64,000 nucleotides of DNA, taken from Octopus sinensis (lineage: Eukaryota). A model generated the notes under the pieces. That model did no database searches. It saw only the letters and a program-made list of their open reading frames with translations, and was not told where the DNA came from. The stretch lies in contig NC_043015.1 in NCBI RefSeq assembly GCF_006345805.1, positions 27,900,001-27,964,000 on the forward strand, given 5' to 3'. Position 1 is the stretch's first letter, and each line of letters starts with the position of its first letter. Below are positions 61,743-64,000 of the stretch, piece by piece. Position numbers and translations under genes: made by a program.

Positions 61743-62061
61743 ATATAAAAATAATGATTATGATGATGATCCTAGTTCATAGGCATGGGCATGTGATAAA
61801 GAAGTCTGCCTCTGGGTCACAGGTTTGACCCTACTGAAGGGCAAAGCCATCCATCCTCTGCAGAGTCTGAGCTTAGAGCATAATGAATTGGAAGAATACT
61901 GCAAAGCATTTTTCTGACACTAACGATTCTGCCAGCTTATCACCTTAAAATAATAGAAACAAAAACCTACAGCTAATCTTACTTTTCTAAAGGGCACTAA
62001 AACATTGAGTGTCGGTGTCCAAGGAAGTTAAAGAAGTTGTAAAAAGTGGTGATGTTATCTT

Positions 62062-62630
62062 TAACTCTTTAGCATCTAGAATGTTTATTTATTCACATCA
62101 AGGGCATCCAGCCATAGAAACTCTGCCAGATCAGACTGGGCCTGATGCAGCCTTCTGGCTTCCAGACCCCAGTTGAACCGTCCAACCCATGCTAGCACGG
62201 AAAGCGGATGCTAAACGATGATGATGATGACGATGATGATGTTTTGAATTAATTACGAATTACCTTCTAGCCTGAAGATTTTGATGATGTAATTGCATAT
62301 TATAAGAATGACATTGTAGGGTAGATGTGAGAAGTAAGATCTGGCCAGTTTGAATATAAAACAGGTCGAATATTTGTGTCAGATATGGCTGGTTAAAATA
62401 CTAAAAAGCTAATCCTTTAGCATTCAGTTTATTCTGTCAAATGTAATGCTTATTTATTCTCATCGTTTTCAATTAATCATGTATTATCTTCAAGATGTTG
62501 ATGGTGTGATTGCTTATTTTTAGTATGGCATTATAGGATAGGTGTGAGAGGCCAGATCTGTCCGGTTTGAACAGAGAAAAAAAGGTATAACATTAGGGCT
62601 GGATATGGTCGGTTTGAATGCTAAAGATTC
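62062..62630. mobile_element. Two adjacent degenerate family-2 MITE copies; the first is interrupted by an RTE 3' end (+, ~62100-62240)
   Basis: Internal match to 33947-34167 (gacattgtagg..gtgaga..agatctggccagtttgaat). Confidence 0.7.
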
Positions 62631-62824
62631 AAGTCTAGAAATAAACAGAGATTGTAGTACTGAATGTAGAATGGAAACTTGATTCACAAATTTAGCTATT
62701 GTGATTGAAACAACAACATAATCAAAGACGTTAAAAGTACAATTAACTGTTATGGTATGCTAATTATCTTGCTTCTAGCAATTATTTGTACAGTCAAAAT
62801 GATTATGTTTTGTATTTAACAGGT

Positions 62825-63202
62825 CTTTTACTCTTTTACTTGTTTCAGTCATTTGACTGTGGCCATGCTGGAGCACCGCCTTTAGTCGAGCAAAACAACC
62901 CCAGGACTTATTCTTTGTAAGCCTAGTACTTATTCTACTTTGCCGAACTGCTAAGTTACGGGAACGTAAACACACCAGCATCGATTGTCAAGCGATGTTG
63001 GGGGGACAAACACACACACATATATACATACATATATACAATGTGCTTCTTTCAGTTTCTGTCTACCAAATCCACTCAAAAGGCTTTGGTCAGCCTGAGG
63101 CTATAGTAGAAGACACTTGCCCAAGGTGCCATGCAGTGGGACCGAACCTGGAACCATGTGGTTTGTAAGCAAGTTACATACCACACAGCCACTCCTACGC
63201 CT
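62825..63202 (-). mobile_element. SINE-A copy
   Basis: Consensus match with small deletions. Confidence 0.92.
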
Positions 63203-63924
63203 ATGTGTGGATATCTAAAAACAACCACCAATCCAACCCCATCACCAAAAGAATTATGTTTACATGTGATATGTAGCTCCCAATCTCTTTACTGTAAAAA
63301 GTTATTTGAACCAATATTAATTAAAATATTAATGAAATAATAGGTTTTTTTGTACATAAGCAGGCATGGTCACGTAATTTAAGAAGTTTACTTCACAATT
63401 ATGTTGTCAACTATAACTTTGGGTTGATTAATTTCGTGTGAAATTTGGTATTCAGATCTGCTGAATGTGTGTGTGTGTGTGTGATTTTGTCTTGACATTA
63501 CATGAGAATTACAAGTACTGCCATCTTAAAAGCAATATCATTTGTTTTTAGTTGCCTGTGAAAATAGATACAGACAAGGGAATCAGGTGAAGGTTGGTGG
63601 CAGGAAGAGAACCCAGCCATAGAAAATCTGCCTCAACAAATTCTTTGTGACCCATGCAAGCAAAGAAAAGTGCATCCCGCATAGTGGGACTGAACCAAGA
63701 ACCATGTGGTTGGAACGCAAGCTTCTTACCTCACAGCCACACCTGCACCTATAAATAAATATGTGTGTGTATTTATATATATTTGTGTATATATAATATA
63801 TATATATATTATATATATATATATTATATATATATATATTTGTGTGTGTATATATGTATATATAATTGTATACATATTCACATGCATATACAAATACATA
63901 TATATATATATATATATATTTGTG

Positions 63925-64000
63925 TGGCTTCCCAGACCCCAGTTGAACCGTCCAACCCATGCTAGCATGGAGAGCGGACATTAAACGACGATGATGATGA
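63925..64000 (+). mobile_element. RTE LINE 3' end fragment
   Basis: tggcttcccagaccccagttgaaccgtccaacccatgctagcatgg...(gat)n. Confidence 0.9.

Overview
AT-rich, microsatellite-dense eukaryotic DNA, most likely an octopus (coleoid cephalopod) locus. That assignment is inferred from the recalled SINE/LINE repertoire and the (TA)n/(CAT)n richness; it was not checked. Most of the window is mobile-element derived: about 25 copies of a tRNA/CORE-like SINE with a CR1/L2-type tail (SINE-A); a second tRNA SINE (SINE-B) that forms 184-bp tandem arrays; a third tRNA SINE; many RTE LINE 3' ends plus one RTE ORF2 C-terminus; CR1/L2 fragments; TTAA-flanked piggyBac-type MITEs; mariner remnants; non-autonomous Helitrons; and Penelope-like terminal repeats. 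The most notable signal is three unrelated hammerhead-ribozyme-like motifs. One is a type I motif with an extended helix I inside a highly structured ~250-bp element (10415-10496). One carries the compensatory G3-C8 core (4913-4959 and 61678-61728). One is a minimal Penelope-type motif (11445-11479 and 12638-12670). Scattered short exons with good splice signals chain in frame into a minus-strand gene with weak, unverified resemblance to vezatin. A less certain in-frame exon chain lies interleaved on the plus strand. There is no CRISPR array, rRNA or bona fide tRNA gene. Nearly all ORFs in the supplied track are repeat artefacts. Repeat boundaries are approximate (about +/-10 bp) unless stated otherwise.
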